A DNA stretch of 63,530 nucleotides, filler included, from Lenisia limosa (taxonomy: Eukaryota > Protista > Breviatea), in the NCBI GenBank assembly GCA_001655205.1. It is 17 parts of 17 records of this genome, joined end to end, with 100 filler letters (N's around TTAATTAATTAA, not from the genome) between each part and the next. Parts side by side here need not be neighbours in the genome. Positions count along the whole stretch, not along the records: positions 61,382 to 63,530 come from LPNZ01006629.1; 16 more parts are not named here. One strand, written 5' to 3'. The notes beneath the pieces are model-generated. The model was not told the origin of the DNA, did no database searches, and was given only the letters and a program-made list of their open reading frames with translations. Position 1 is the stretch's first letter, and each line of letters starts with the position of its first letter. This document shows, one piece after another, positions 62,213 through 63,530 of the stretch. A program made the translations under genes and the position numbers.

Positions 62213-63433
62213 ATGTCTTCAGGAATGCACCGCCGCTTGCGCCAAGCACGGTAGGTGTTCATCCTGTTTTCCTGTTATACCCAGTGTCGTGCTTTTCGAC
62301 TGGCTGTCGCTAATTCTGTAGTTCCTGTGAACACTGCTTGCATCCACGCTGGCCAAGCCCCCGACCCACACACCGGTGAGTTGCTCTTGTGCCTCTAACA
62401 CCCCTCCTTCATCCTTCTTATATCCTGTGACGTTATTGTAAGTTCTAACTCGCTTAGGCGCCATCATCATGCCCATCTCCATGTCTACCACCTTTGCCCA
62501 GGCCTCTCCTGGTCAGTTCAAGAAGTACGAATACTCTCGCTCTGCCAACCCTACTCGTGATGCCTTTGAGGAGTGCGTTGCTGCCTGTGAAGGTGGAAAG
62601 TTGGCGGGGTTGGTCGTGATTGTCGGGATGAGTGTAATCACGGACAAATTCAACTTCGTCTACAGATAGAATTGAATTTGCACGTGCCCGTCCCATCCCT
62701 CCTCATGTGATATGCTGCCTTTTTTTCTCTGTTTCTTTTTGCGCACTATTTCATGTCGATACTCTGACATATTTCCTTCTTTTATGGTACCAATACAGCC
62801 CCCAAACCCATAAGCGTGATGATGTGGCTTCAAGATACAACCTTATTTTTATTTCTCACTATTCTATTCTATACACCCGTATGAGGGCCTCTGGTCGGGG
62901 CTTTTAGTTGTTTCATCCTGTTTACGAAGGTTTTATAAGGTTGATTTTGGTGTTGAAAAATCCATTCTCTATTTGAAGTTTTAATTATTTTTTTTGTTTC
63001 AAAAAGTTTCCAATTTCACCCCCTCCCCAGGCACGGTATGGCTTTTGCCTCCGGCTCCGCCGCTATCGGCTGTGTNNNNNNNNNNNNNNNNNNNNNNNNN
63101 NNNNNNNNNNNNNNNNNNNNNNNNNNNNNNNNNNNNNNNNNNNNNNNNNNNNNNNNNNNNNNNNNNNNNNNNNNNNNNNNNNNNNNNNNNNNNNNNNNNC
63201 ATCGCTACTTCTCCCAGGTACGTGGGCGGAGGGGCATACTGCTTGAATTCTTCTTTTACAATTGGTTTTATTTTTTTCTCTCCTCATTTTTGGCAAATTT
63301 TTTTCCCCATAAATTTCCTTCGTTTAAATTCGTTTCACCCCCCAGGTCTGCCCCACCATGGGCATCGACTTCACCTTCGCCGATTTCACTGATGTCAAGG
63401 CCCTGACCAGCTCCATCAAGCCTAACACTAAGG
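62213..63433 (+). CDS. CTH: Cystathionine gamma-lyase (Cys/Met metabolism PLP enzyme), 5' part
   Basis: TACIHAGQAPDPHTG | AIIMPISMSTTFAQ..YEYSRSANPTRDAFEECVAACEGGK | HGMAFASGSAAI | GIDFTFAD..IKPNTK. Confidence 0.88.
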
Positions 63434-63530
63434 TTGGAGAGTTTTGGTTTATACTGAGGGAGAGGGATTAACAGTAGGTAAGTTGAGGAGTGTAATTAAT
63501 TTTATACTGGGGGGGGGGGTAATAGTAGGA

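Overview
This is eukaryotic nuclear DNA from a fragmented draft assembly, not a prokaryotic locus. Sixteen artificial spacers (N44-TTAATTAATTAA-N44) split the window into 17 unrelated scaffolds, and many internal N gaps sit at poly-G/poly-C runs. Genes are very intron-rich with GT-AG introns and the standard code; an amoeba-like protist is my inference. Recognisable gene fragments: class III nucleotide cyclase, RPN7/PSMD6-like subunit, a complete 9-exon Ras GTPase, PDIA6-like ER protein, DOCK-C/D (zizimin-type) GEF, AP-3 delta adaptin, cystathionine gamma-lyase, a Cys-rich multi-pass membrane protein, a type I membrane protein with a PPxY tail, and a long coiled-coil protein. Mobile DNA: a decayed ~2.85 kb pogo-type DD35D transposon with perfect 32-bp TIRs, a tRNA-like A/B-box cassette and candidate 23-28 nt micro-introns; a tyrosine-recombinase remnant between inverted repeats; and several MITE families, including a ~100-bp hAT-type family with 8-bp TSDs. 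The most unusual signal is that many introns of unrelated genes end in shared repeat modules (up to ~150 nt). These are co-oriented with the host gene wherever its strand can be called and, where not cut by a gap, usually end at the splice-acceptor AG. There is also a P2X7-ballast-like motif in a hypothetical gene. All homology calls come from remembered motifs, not database searches, and gene spans are approximate.
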